The translations under genes were made by a program, and so were the position numbers. The notes below the pieces were generated by a model, which worked only from the letters and a program-made list of their open reading frames with translations, was not told the DNA's origin and searched no databases. A DNA stretch of 52,260 nucleotides from Alphaproteobacteria bacterium. Its GTDB lineage: Bacteria; Pseudomonadota; Alphaproteobacteria; CACIAM-22H2. Location of the stretch: positions 1-52,260 of the forward strand of contig JAEUKZ010000155.1 in NCBI GenBank assembly GCA_016793045.1, read 5' to 3'. Shown here piece by piece: positions 1 through 10,166 of this stretch (its first letter is position 1; each line of letters opens with the position of its first letter).

Positions 1-744
1 CCCGATCCGGATGCGCCGCCGCGCCATGCGCCGGAAGGCCGGGTCGTCTACGCGATCGGCGACATCCACGGCCGCGCCGATCTGCTGTCGCGGCTGCTCG
101 ACAAGATCATGACCCATGCGGCGATGCAGACCGTCACCGACCGCGTCGTGGTCTGTCTCGGCGACTATGTCGATCGCGGCTCGGATTCGAAGGGCGTCAT
201 CGACATCCTGCTCGACCGCCACCTGCCGGCGACGACGCTGGTCTGCCTGCTCGGCAACCATGAGCAGCTGATGCTCGACTTCCTCGGCGACCCCGCGGCG
301 ATCGGCCCGATGTGGCTCCGCAATGGCGGCCTCGAGACGCTGGCGAGCTACGGCGTCGGCTTCGACCCGGCGGCGCCGCGCCTCGCCGCGCTCGAAAGCG
401 CGGGCGTGCGGCTCGCCCATCAATTGCCGGCGCGCCACAAGGCCTTCCTGAAGGGGCTCAAGCTGCATCACCGCGAAGGCGACTATCTCTTCGTCCATGC
501 CGGCCTGGTGCCGGAGGTGAAGCTCGAGGACCAGAAGGACTCGGACATGCTGTGGATGCGCGACCCCTTTCTGGAGACGCCCGCGGACTACGGCTGTGTC
601 GTCGTCCACGGCCACACCATCACCGCCGAGCCGGAGTGGCGCGCCTGGAGAATAGGCATCGACACCGGCGCGTTCTCCAGCGGACGGTTGACGGCGCTTG
701 CCCTGATCGGCGAGCGTCAGGAGATCATTCAGGCGGTCGGCTGA
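1..744 (+). CDS. Calcineurin-like metallophosphoesterase (Ser/Thr phosphatase PPP family), 5'-truncated by the window
   Basis: Frame is open from base 1. Motifs GDIHG (58-72), GDYVDRG, GNHE, HAG and HGHT are present. Confidence 0.9.
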   Translation, partial: PDPDAPPRHAPEGRVVYAIGDIHGRADLLSRLLDKIMTHAAMQTVTDRVVVCLGDYVDRGSDSKGVIDILLDRHLPATTLVCLLGNHEQLMLDFLGDPAAIGPMWLRNGGLETLASYGVGFDPAAPRLAALESAGVRLAHQLPARHKAFLKGLKLHHREGDYLFVHAGLVPEVKLEDQKDSDMLWMRDPFLETPADYGCVVVHGHTITAEPEWRAWRIGIDTGAFSSGRLTALALIGERQEIIQAVG

Positions 745-801
745 GGCGCCTCGTCCGAGGCAGCCCGGCACGCCGTCGTTTCGTCAGCACCGGAGTTCTC
801 G

Positions 802-1776
<975 letters not shown>

Positions 1777-1819
1777 CCCTCGCCCCGGCCGCACCTCCGG
1801 CAGCGGCCATGCGGCCTCG

Positions 1820-1844
1820 CCCTCTCCCGCCGTGCGGGGGAGGG
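1820..1844. repeat. Palindromic REP-like element CCCTCTCCCGC-CGT-GCGGGGGAGGG between convergent genes
   Basis: 11-bp stem with one G-U pair. Resembles the CCCTCTCCC...GGGAGAGGG repeats common in GC-rich alphaproteobacteria and may act as a bidirectional terminator. Confidence 0.55.
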
Positions 1845-1872
1845 GTGCAATGCGCGGTGCTGCCGAAGCGCG

Positions 1873-2379
1873 CTATGGGCGCGGGGGCGGCTTCACCGCC
1901 AATACCGTTCCGCCCGTCAGCCGCTGCAACTCCGCGAAGCTCGTCCTGAACACCGCGTGCGGATGGCCGGCCGCGGCCCAGATCGGGTCGAGCGCCGCGA
2001 GATCGGCGTCGAGGAACACGTGGGGCGGTTCGGCGTGGCCGATCGGCGACACGCCGCCGATGACATAGCCGGTCTTCGCGCGCACGAAATCGGCGTCGGC
2101 CTTGCCGATGGCCTGACCGAGCGCGGCGGCCACCGCCTTTTCGTCGACGCGGTTGGCGCCGCTGGTGACGACCAGCACGGCGCGGCCGTCGGCGGCGCGG
2201 AAGACGATCGACTTGGCGATCTGCGCCACCGTGCAGCCGATCGCGGCGGCGGCCTCGGCGGCGCTGCGCGCAGTCGCGGCAAACTGGACTACGGCGGCAG
2301 GCGAGCCGGCGTTGCGCAGCAGCGCCTGCACGCGCGCGGCGGGCGCTGCGAGAGGTTCGTTGGAAGCGGCGTCGTTCAT
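1873..2379 (-). CDS. YbaK/EbsC-family aminoacyl-tRNA trans-editing deacylase (ProXp-like)
   Basis: QIAKSIVF conserved Lys, GGVSPIG loop and WAAAGHP. Start re-picked at MNDAAS. Confidence 0.85.
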   Translation of the reverse strand: MNDAASNEPLAAPAARVQALLRNAGSPAAVVQFAATARSAAEAAAAIGCTVAQIAKSIVFRAADGRAVLVVTSGANRVDEKAVAAALGQAIGKADADFVRAKTGYVIGGVSPIGHAEPPHVFLDADLAALDPIWAAAGHPHAVFRTSFAELQRLTGGTVLAVKPPPRP

Positions 2380-2476
2380 CGTCGGCGGGTTCGTTCCGGG
2401 GTGAAGTGACGCTGCCGAGTGTAGCGCAAGAGCTCCGCCGGCGGGCATACTCGGCCGCGAGGGAGCGCATGCCGAC

Positions 2477-3364
2477 GTGAGTCTCCAGCATCTGCTGTTC
2501 GCCACGATGTGCGTGGTCTGGGGGCTGACCTGGATCGCCATCCGCACCGGGGTCGCCGCCGTGCCGCCGCTGTTCTTCGCCGGCTCGCGCTTCATCGCCG
2601 CCGGGCTGCTCATGCTCGCCTGGCAGGCCGCGCGCGGCGGCCGGCTGACCGTCCCGCGCGCCGAATGGCCGGGCTTCGCCTTCGTTTCGCTGCTGGTGAT
2701 CGTCGCGTCCTACGCCGGTCTGTTCTGGGGCATGCAGTACGTCGCCTCGGGCCTCGCCGCGGTGGTCAATCTCGGTCTGATGCCGATCGCGCTGTTCGGC
2801 TTCGGGCTCGCCCATGGCAGCGAGCGCTTTGCGGCGCGCCCGGCCTTCGCGGCGCTGCTCGGGCTCGCCGGCCTTGTGCTGCTGTTCGATCCCGCGCTGC
2901 GCGGCGACAGCGCCGAGCGCTGGGGCCTCGCTGCGATCGTCGCCGGCACGCTCGCCTACAGCGGCGGTTCGGTGGTCAGCCGGCCGCTGGTGGCGCGCCA
3001 TCCCCCGGTGCTCGTCGCCGGGCTCACCTGCCTGGCGGGCGGAATCGGGCTGACCGGGCTGGCGCTGATCTTCGAGCCGGTCGGCGCGGCCACCTTCGCC
3101 GCCTTCCTCGATCCCGGCGTCGCCGCGGGCTGGCTGTTCCTGCTGGTGTTCGGGTCCTTCGTCGGCTTCACGATCTATCTGCGCCTGGTGCGCGACTGGG
3201 GGGCCTCGCGCGCGGGACTCTACGCCTTCGTCTCGCCGATCATCGCCGTCGCGACCGGCGTCGGGGTTTCGGGAGAACGCTTTCGCGCGCGCGAGCTCGC
3301 CGGCATGGCGGTGATGCTCGCGGCGACCTGGATCGCGCTCTATCGGCCGGCTCCGGCGCGATGA
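2477..3364 (+). CDS. EamA/DMT-family transporter
   Basis: About 10 hydrophobic segments, N-terminal VWGLTW..IR, two EamA repeats, GTG start. Confidence 0.88.
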   Translation: MSLQHLLFATMCVVWGLTWIAIRTGVAAVPPLFFAGSRFIAAGLLMLAWQAARGGRLTVPRAEWPGFAFVSLLVIVASYAGLFWGMQYVASGLAAVVNLGLMPIALFGFGLAHGSERFAARPAFAALLGLAGLVLLFDPALRGDSAERWGLAAIVAGTLAYSGGSVVSRPLVARHPPVLVAGLTCLAGGIGLTGLALIFEPVGAATFAAFLDPGVAAGWLFLLVFGSFVGFTIYLRLVRDWGASRAGLYAFVSPIIAVATGVGVSGERFRARELAGMAVMLAATWIALYRPAPAR

Positions 3365-3508
3365 CGGCACACCCCCGCAAGCCGGCATGGCGGCCATGCG
3401 GCAACCGCGGCCGCGCCGGTTCGTTCTGTGCTACGGTGCGCGCGCGCTCGCGGCCGCGTCCGGCGCCGGTATTGCGACCATGATTCCCGTTCCCCCGATC
3501 CTTGCACC

Positions 3509-4687
3509 ATGACCCCTGTCCGCCTGTCGATCGTCGCCATCGTCCTGTCGGTCGGCTGCATCCAGGGCGGCAACGGCATCCTCGGGACCCTGCTTCCGCT
3601 CGCGCTCGACCAGGCGGGCTATCCGGTGAGCGCGGTCGGCCTGCTCGTCACCGGACACGCGATCGGCTTCATGGCCGGGAGCTTCACCGGCGGCCAGCTG
3701 ATCCGCGAGTTCGGCCTGACGCGGGCCTTCATCGGCTTCGCCGCCCTCGCCGCGGTGTCGACGATCTCGTTCGCGCTCGCCACCGATCCCTGGCTTTGGG
3801 GGGTGCTGCGCGCGGTGGTCGGCTTCGGCCTCGCCGGGCTCTTCGTCATTGCCGAGAGCTGGCTCAACCAGGCGACCGACAACGTCCATCGCGGCAGCCT
3901 GATGGGCTTCTATCAACTGACGCAGAAAGTCGCCTATGCGATCGGCCAGGCCGCGATCGCGACCGATGCATCCGATCTGCTGTTCTTCGCCGTCGCCACC
4001 GCGGCGTTCGCCGCTTCGGCCGTGCCGGTTGCGACCGCGTCGGGCGCGCGGCCGCCGGCGCCGCGGCTCGCGCGCATCAGCATGTGGACGGTGTTCCGCC
4101 GCGTGCCGTCGGCCGCCGCCGGCTGCTTCGCCGCCGGCCTGATCAACAATCCCGTTGCCGGCATGGCGCCGATCTTCGGCACCGGCATCGGGCTGTCGCC
4201 GGCGCGCAGTGCGATCCTGGTCGCGACGATGCAGCTCGGCAGCCTGTTCGTGCAGTGGCCGATGGCGCTCTACAGCGACCGGCTCGACCGGCGCTGGGTG
4301 ATGCTCGGCTGTGCGGCCACGGCCTCCGCCGCGTCGGTCGGCATCGCGACGGTCGGCGTCCACGTCCAGTGGGTGCTCTACGTGCTGTTCGCGCTCTGGG
4401 GCGCCGCCGCGCTGTCGACCTACGCGATCTGCGTTGCCCAGGCCAACGACCGTGCGCCGCGCGGCGCCGCGGTCGCGATTTCGGGCAGCCTGCAGCTGCT
4501 GTGGTCGATGGGGTCGGTCACCGGTCCGCTGCTGGCGACGGCGGTGATCGGCTGGCTCGGCCCGGCCGGTCTCTTCGTCTACGGCGCCGCCCTGGCGGCG
4601 GTACTGGCCCTGTTCATCGGCTGGCGCCTGCATGTCCGGCCACCGTCGCTGCCGGTCCCGACCCACGTCCAGCGCGACCATTTGTGA
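3509..4687 (+). CDS. MFS transporter (YcaD-like)
   Basis: About 12 TM segments, ESWLN and SDRLDRR motifs. Confidence 0.85.
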   Translation: MTPVRLSIVAIVLSVGCIQGGNGILGTLLPLALDQAGYPVSAVGLLVTGHAIGFMAGSFTGGQLIREFGLTRAFIGFAALAAVSTISFALATDPWLWGVLRAVVGFGLAGLFVIAESWLNQATDNVHRGSLMGFYQLTQKVAYAIGQAAIATDASDLLFFAVATAAFAASAVPVATASGARPPAPRLARISMWTVFRRVPSAAAGCFAAGLINNPVAGMAPIFGTGIGLSPARSAILVATMQLGSLFVQWPMALYSDRLDRRWVMLGCAATASAASVGIATVGVHVQWVLYVLFALWGAAALSTYAICVAQANDRAPRGAAVAISGSLQLLWSMGSVTGPLLATAVIGWLGPAGLFVYGAALAAVLALFIGWRLHVRPPSLPVPTHVQRDHL

Positions 4688-4791
4688 TCGGCGCCGCCGC
4701 GATGCGGCCGATTTGCGGTCCGGCGCGTTTGCTATCCTGGATCAATTCCGGACTGCGTCCGCCGGCGCAGCCTTGTCGCCGGTGAAGAATC

Positions 4792-5772
4792 ATGCCGCGC
4801 ACGCTCTATCGCTTCATCTGGACCGTCAGCAGCCGTGACCAGATCTGGCTGTGCGTCCTGACCGGTATCGTCGTCGTCCTGTCGACGGCCCCGCTCGACA
4901 TTCAGCGCCGGATCGTCGACGACGCCGTGGCGGGCGGCGATCCGCGCACCCTGTTCCTGCTCGCCGCCGTGTACGTCGCGCTCATCCTCACGCAGGGCGG
5001 AGTCAAGTACGTGCTCAACGTCGCGCGCGGACGCCTGGTCGAGAAGGTGACGCGCGCGCTCCGCCTGATCATCATCGAACGCCTCGGCGCCGTCGTCTCG
5101 CTGCCGACCAACGACCGCGGCACCGTGGTGTCGATGCTGTCGGCGGAAACCGAGGACGTCGGCGGTTTCGTCGGCGAGAGCATCTCGATCCCGCTGCTCC
5201 AGGGCGGCACCGCGCTCGCGGTGATCGGCTATCTCGTCTGGGTGCAGCCCCTGATCGCGGTGCTCGCGGTGGTGATCTATCTGCCGCAGCTCGTCATCGT
5301 CCCGCGCGTGCAGGGCCGGATCAACCGTTTCGCCCTGCTGCATGCGAAGCTGCGCCGCCGGCTCGGCGACCGCATCGTGCGCGCCGGTGCGATCGAGACG
5401 CAGGCGCAGCCGGCCCCGCGGCGCGTCGCATTCAAAGGCCGCCGGCCGCTCGATCCCCACTACACCCGCATCATCGACTGGGAGTATCTGGCCCGCGTCC
5501 GGCTCTACAAGGCCAAGTTCTTCCTGACGTTCCTCGGCAACCTGCTCGACGCGGTCGGGCCGCTCGTGGTCCTGGTCGTCGGCGGGCTGCTGGTGATGCA
5601 GGGCACGACGCAGGTCAGCACCCTGGTCGTCTTCATCTCCGGCTTCCAGCGCATCTCCGATCCATGGGACCAGCTCGTGACGTTCTATCGGACCGTCGCC
5701 ATCGCGCGCGTGAAGTACCACCTGATCGCGCGGACGATCGACGGGCAGGACGGCGCGCGCCCGGCCATGTGA
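4792..5772 (+). CDS. ABC exporter transmembrane domain only (no nucleotide-binding domain)
   Basis: About 6 TM ABC_membrane pattern (IVDDAV, ETEDVGGF, ISGFQRISDPW). No Walker A/B. Confidence 0.7.
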   Translation: MPRTLYRFIWTVSSRDQIWLCVLTGIVVVLSTAPLDIQRRIVDDAVAGGDPRTLFLLAAVYVALILTQGGVKYVLNVARGRLVEKVTRALRLIIIERLGAVVSLPTNDRGTVVSMLSAETEDVGGFVGESISIPLLQGGTALAVIGYLVWVQPLIAVLAVVIYLPQLVIVPRVQGRINRFALLHAKLRRRLGDRIVRAGAIETQAQPAPRRVAFKGRRPLDPHYTRIIDWEYLARVRLYKAKFFLTFLGNLLDAVGPLVVLVVGGLLVMQGTTQVSTLVVFISGFQRISDPWDQLVTFYRTVAIARVKYHLIARTIDGQDGARPAM

Positions 5773-5791
5773 TCCGCAAAGCCCGGTCCGC

Positions 5792-7768
5792 TCACGGCGT
5801 GCGCGCCTCGGGCGGCAGCGCCGCGACGGCCATGCTCGCCGCCGCGGCGGCCGCCGTCGGCGCGCCGCCGGCGCCCTGGACCGTCACCGCGTTGCTCGCG
5901 AACTCGATGCCCTTGTCTGCGAACGTCTTGACGATGCGCTTGAGGGCCTGGCGCTGCACCCAGGTCGGCTTGACCGGACGCGCGGTGAACTTGAGGCGCA
6001 CGACCAGCGCGTTGTCGGCGATGTCGGCGACGCCCTGCATCTTGAGCGGCTGGATCAGCTCGGCCTTGAGCTCGGGGTCGTCCATCATCTCCTGGCCGAT
6101 CTTCTTCACGGTCTTGCGCACGAGCTCGACGTCGACGTCGCGCACCAGCCGGATGTTGAACTTCATCGTCGCCCAGTCGCGGCTGAAATTGGTGATCGAG
6201 CCGAGCTGCCCGAATGGGATCGTGTGGACCTGCCCGTTCTGGTGCCGCAGCTTGATCGAGCGGATCGAGATCGCCTCCACGGTGCCCTTGAGGCGCCCGG
6301 TGTCGATGTACTCGCCGATGCGAAAGGCGTCGTCGGCGATGAAGAAGATGCCCGAGACGATGTCGCGCACGAGCGCCTGCGAGCCGAAGCTGATCGCGAG
6401 GCCGAAGATGCTTGCGCCCGCGATCAGCGGCGCCGTGTTGACGCCGAGCTCCGAGAGCGCGACGAGCACGGTCAGGACCAGGATCGACACCGCGATCAGC
6501 ACGCGGAACAGCGGCATCAGCGTGGTCAGGCGCGATGCCGGCGAGGCCTGTTCGTCGTCCTCGCCCGGCATCGACGGTCCGCGCGCGGCGCCGATCTTGT
6601 GGTCGATCCAATGGCGCAACGCTTCCCAGGCGACGAAGCCGAAGAGCACGACGCTGCCGGCTGTGAGGATCGAGCGCCGTGCGCTGCGCCAAGCCTCGGG
6701 GCCGATCAGCTCGAGCTGGCCGACGGCCCAGGTCTCGATGACGATCCAGCCGATCGCAAGGATGGACAGCAGCCGGACGGTGCGCCGCAGCGCCCCGGCG
6801 AGCGTGCGCTGCGAGGACAGGCCGAGCAGCGCGTCGGCGAGATAGGCGAGCACGACGACGATGGCGGTTCCGACCAGCGCGTCGAAGGCCGCGAGGTCGA
6901 CGAGCAGCACGCCCAGGGTCCAGGCGATCCACAGCGCGCCGGTCATGACGAGCGCGCCGGTGCGCCACCGCTGCGCGAGCGGCGGCTCCATGCGCAGCAA
7001 CGACGCCGCCGTCCAGCCCGCGACCGCGATACCGATCAGCAGTGCGAGCAGCTGCACGGCGGCGACGGGCGCGCCGGCGGCGATGAACACCGGCAGTGTC
7101 GCCATGGTCAGGACCACGGCAGCAATGACCGCCGCGGCAAGGTGGTGGAGGCGGCGCGCCGTGCCGTCATCGAGAGCGACGAGGCGCAGCGCCGGCAGGC
7201 CCGGGCGCAGGATCGCGCCGACGACGAGCATGGCGATCCAGAATCGCACCGCCGACGGTCCGAGGATCGCGGCTGCGAGGCGGCCCTGGTGTGTCACCGG
7301 CGGGAACAGCAGGCGCACGCCGACCACCGCCACCAGTATTGCGACCACGCGGTCGATCAGCTCGAGTCCGAGCACCATCAATGCGGCGCGCGCGCCGATG
7401 CGGCCTTCCGCCGGCGGCGTGGCGAAGCGCGTGCGCGCACCTGACGTCGCGCGGCGCGTCAGCACGACCAGTGCGGCCATGATCGCCAGTGTCGCGAGAA
7501 GCGCGAGGACGAACCCGGTCGCGGAGCGCGGGCCGCCCGCGGGCGCCGCGAAATCGGCTCGCCCGAGCGCACCGAGGAATTCCGGGCTGATCGCAGCGAT
7601 CGCTTCGACGCTTGCGCGTATCGTCTCCAGCCGCTCTTCGATCAGCGACCCTTCGCGCTCGGCGAAGATCCGTTGCGGCTCGACCGCAAGCGCGGTTCCG
7701 GCTCCGCCGGCGTGGAGAAGCGCGGCGACCGCCACTTGACGGGCACCGCGCAGCCGTGGACGTCGCAT
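5792..7768 (-). CDS. Large MscS-family mechanosensitive channel
   Basis: Multi-TM N-terminus, then GLAISFGSQALVRDIVSG, FRIGEYI and GTVEAISIRS. Confidence 0.9.
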   Translation of the reverse strand: MRRPRLRGARQVAVAALLHAGGAGTALAVEPQRIFAEREGSLIEERLETIRASVEAIAAISPEFLGALGRADFAAPAGGPRSATGFVLALLATLAIMAALVVLTRRATSGARTRFATPPAEGRIGARAALMVLGLELIDRVVAILVAVVGVRLLFPPVTHQGRLAAAILGPSAVRFWIAMLVVGAILRPGLPALRLVALDDGTARRLHHLAAAVIAAVVLTMATLPVFIAAGAPVAAVQLLALLIGIAVAGWTAASLLRMEPPLAQRWRTGALVMTGALWIAWTLGVLLVDLAAFDALVGTAIVVVLAYLADALLGLSSQRTLAGALRRTVRLLSILAIGWIVIETWAVGQLELIGPEAWRSARRSILTAGSVVLFGFVAWEALRHWIDHKIGAARGPSMPGEDDEQASPASRLTTLMPLFRVLIAVSILVLTVLVALSELGVNTAPLIAGASIFGLAISFGSQALVRDIVSGIFFIADDAFRIGEYIDTGRLKGTVEAISIRSIKLRHQNGQVHTIPFGQLGSITNFSRDWATMKFNIRLVRDVDVELVRKTVKKIGQEMMDDPELKAELIQPLKMQGVADIADNALVVRLKFTARPVKPTWVQRQALKRIVKTFADKGIEFASNAVTVQGAGGAPTAAAAAASMAVAALPPEARTP

Positions 7769-7863
7769 GTACTCGCCCCTGTCTTTGACCGACGCGTTAC
7801 CCGGTGCCGATGATCCTTGCCGCCGCGCCGGTGCCGGTCTTGGAATGCCGCGGCGGTCCCCTC

Positions 7864-9282
7864 TCAGCGGTCGAGCCAGGCAATGCGCAGCACGTTGGTG
7901 GCGCCGGGTGTGCCGAAGGGTACGCCGGCGGTGATGACCAGCCGGTCGCCCGGTCCGGCGAACTCCGATGCGCGGGCGACGGTCACGGCACGCTCGACCA
8001 TCTCGTCGAAGCTGCGCACGTCCTGGGCGACCACGGTGTGGACGCCCCAGGCGAGCGCAAGGCGCCGCGCGGTGCCGACGTTCTCGGTCAGGCAGAGGAT
8101 CGGCGGCGCCGGGCGCTCGCGCGCCGCGCGCAGCGTCGTCGACCCCGACGTGGTGAAGGTCACGATCGCCGCCGCGTTGATCGTCTCCGCGACCTGGCGG
8201 GCGGCCGCGGTGATCGCATCGGCGGCGGTCGCCTCGGGAACCGCATGATCGGCGGCGAGAATGCGGCGGAACAGCGGGTCGCGCTCGACGCGCACGATGA
8301 TCCGTTCCATCATCGCCACCGCTTCGACCGGATACTGGCCCGACGCGGTTTCGGCGGAGAGCATCACGGCGTCGGCACCGTCGTAGACTGCGGTCGCGAC
8401 GTCGGACGCCTCGGCGCGTGTCGGCGCGGGGGCGGCGACCATCGAATCGAGCATCTGCGTGGCGACGATCACCGGCTTGCCGGCGAGCCGGCAGGTGCGC
8501 AGGATCCGCTTCTGCAGCGAAGGCACGTCTTCCGGCGGCATCTCGACGCCGAGGTCGCCGCGCGCCACCATGACGGCGTCGGACAGCTCGACGATCTCGT
8601 CGAGGCGCTCGATCGCCGCCGGCTTCTCGAGCTTCGAGAGCACCGCCGCGCGGCCGCCGGCGAGGCGGCGCGCCTCGGCGACGTCGTCGGGCCGCTGCAC
8701 GAAGGACAGTGCGATCCAGTCGACGCCGAGCTCGACCGCGAAGGCGAGGTCGCGGCGGTCCTTCTCGGTCATCGCCGACATCGGCAGCACCGCACCGGGC
8801 ACGTTGACGCCCTTGCGGTCCGACAGCCGGCCGGCGGTCACGACCTCGGTCTGCGCGAAATCGGGGCCGCTCTCGATCACGCGCAGCCGCACGCGGCCGT
8901 CGTCGAGCAGCAGGTCGGACCCGGGACCGATCGCCGCGAAGATCTCCGGATGCGGCATCGGTGCGCGCGTACGGTCGCCCTGCGCCTTGTCGAGATCGAG
9001 ACGGAACCCGTCGCCGGCTGCGAGATCGACTGCGCCCGCGGCGAAGGTGCCGAGGCGCAGCTTGGGCCCCTGCAGGTCCGCCAGGATGCCGACCGGCCGC
9101 TTGGCGCGGCGCTCGAGCGCGCGGATCGCATCGAAGCGTTTCTTGTGGTCGTCGTGCGATCCGTGGCTGAAGTTGAGGCGGAACACGTCGACGCCGGCAG
9201 TGAACAGCGCATCGATGCGTTCGGGCGTCGAACTTGCCGGGCCGAGGGTGGCGACGATCTTGGTGCGGTGAACGCGGCGCAT
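7864..9282 (-). CDS. pyk: Pyruvate kinase
   Basis: TKIVATLGP, FRLNFSHG, DLQGPK, VARGDLGVE, ATQMLDSM, PTRAE and MLSAETA. Confidence 0.97.
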   Translation of the reverse strand: MRRVHRTKIVATLGPASSTPERIDALFTAGVDVFRLNFSHGSHDDHKKRFDAIRALERRAKRPVGILADLQGPKLRLGTFAAGAVDLAAGDGFRLDLDKAQGDRTRAPMPHPEIFAAIGPGSDLLLDDGRVRLRVIESGPDFAQTEVVTAGRLSDRKGVNVPGAVLPMSAMTEKDRRDLAFAVELGVDWIALSFVQRPDDVAEARRLAGGRAAVLSKLEKPAAIERLDEIVELSDAVMVARGDLGVEMPPEDVPSLQKRILRTCRLAGKPVIVATQMLDSMVAAPAPTRAEASDVATAVYDGADAVMLSAETASGQYPVEAVAMMERIIVRVERDPLFRRILAADHAVPEATAADAITAAARQVAETINAAAIVTFTTSGSTTLRAARERPAPPILCLTENVGTARRLALAWGVHTVVAQDVRSFDEMVERAVTVARASEFAGPGDRLVITAGVPFGTPGATNVLRIAWLDR

Positions 9283-9374
9283 CGGGCTTCCTCCGGCCGC
9301 CTGCGCGGCTCTGGCGTCAGAATCGCACGATCCACCGCCGAACGGTCAAGTTTTCCTGGCGGGAACCGGGCCGA

Positions 9375-9740
9375 TCAGCCGCCGGAGCGATGGGGACAGA
9401 TCGCGCCGCTGCCGCGCCCGCCGCTGTCGAAACGCAGCGCGATCCGGCCGTTGCGCTCGCTGGTCAGCGTCGCGGTGCGGCCGGCCAGCGGGCCGGTGGC
9501 GAAGGCGACGGTGCTGCCGCCTTCGACGCGATACTGGCCAGTGCCGCGCAATTCGGGCGCGGCATAGCCGCCGCCGCCGAGATGGATCTCGCCGAGCCCG
9601 CTCGGTGGCGCGCCGCGCCGCGCCGCGCCGCCCGGGCATTGATACGCGCCGGTCGGCACGCTCGCCTGCGCCCAGGCGATGGCGGCGGCAGATAGAAGCG
9701 CCGCGGCGCCGAGCGCGCCCGCGATCCGACCCGTCCACAT
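9375..9740 (-). CDS. Hypothetical secreted protein (121 aa, two Cys)
   Basis: GGAG RBS, signal peptide ending AWA-Q, Gly-rich beta-like body. Confidence 0.65.
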   Translation of the reverse strand: MWTGRIAGALGAAALLSAAAIAWAQASVPTGAYQCPGGAARRGAPPSGLGEIHLGGGGYAAPELRGTGQYRVEGGSTVAFATGPLAGRTATLTSERNGRIALRFDSGGRGSGAICPHRSGG

Positions 9741-9843
9741 GGTTCTGCTCCGATCTCCGTTGCCCGAAACCGCGCGATCACACGATAGACGGGCCCGTCC
9801 GGTCAAGCGTGCCGGCGCTGGGGGAGGTGGGAGGAATGGCCGC

Positions 9844-10047
9844 TCATCGCGGGGCGGGGGCCGGCGCGGGACGGTCGTCGTGACCGTGCTCGTCATGGTC
9901 GTGATCGTGGTGATGCGCCGGCGCGGGCTCCGGGTCCGGCGGCGGCGGCGTGCCAGGCGACGATCGGCCGGCGCCGGCGCAGGCCGCAGCCAAGGGGGCG
10001 ATCCCGATCAGGGCGAGTGTGTGGCGGCGCGTGAAACCCAAAGTCAT
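9844..10047 (-). CDS. Small His/Asp-rich putative Tat lipoprotein (67 aa)
   Basis: AAGGA RBS, TRRHTL twin-arginine motif, LAAAC lipobox, Pro linker and HHHDHDHDEHGHDD tail. Confidence 0.65.
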   Translation of the reverse strand: MTLGFTRRHTLALIGIAPLAAACAGAGRSSPGTPPPPDPEPAPAHHHDHDHDEHGHDDRPAPAPAPR

Positions 10048-10130
10048 CCGGCGATCCTTTCGTCAATCGATGACACGACGGTATCGTACCTGCCGTCAAG
10101 GCGTCCCCAATGGCGGCACGCGCGACCCGG

Positions 10131-10159
10131 TTGACGGCCGCATCTCGCCACTCTAACGT
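10131..10159 (+). promoter_or_regulatory. Sigma70-type promoter TTGACG-N17-TAACGT
   Basis: Exact 17-nt spacer. The expected +1 falls at about 10165-10167. Confidence 0.65.
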
Positions 10160-10166
10160 GTCGACC

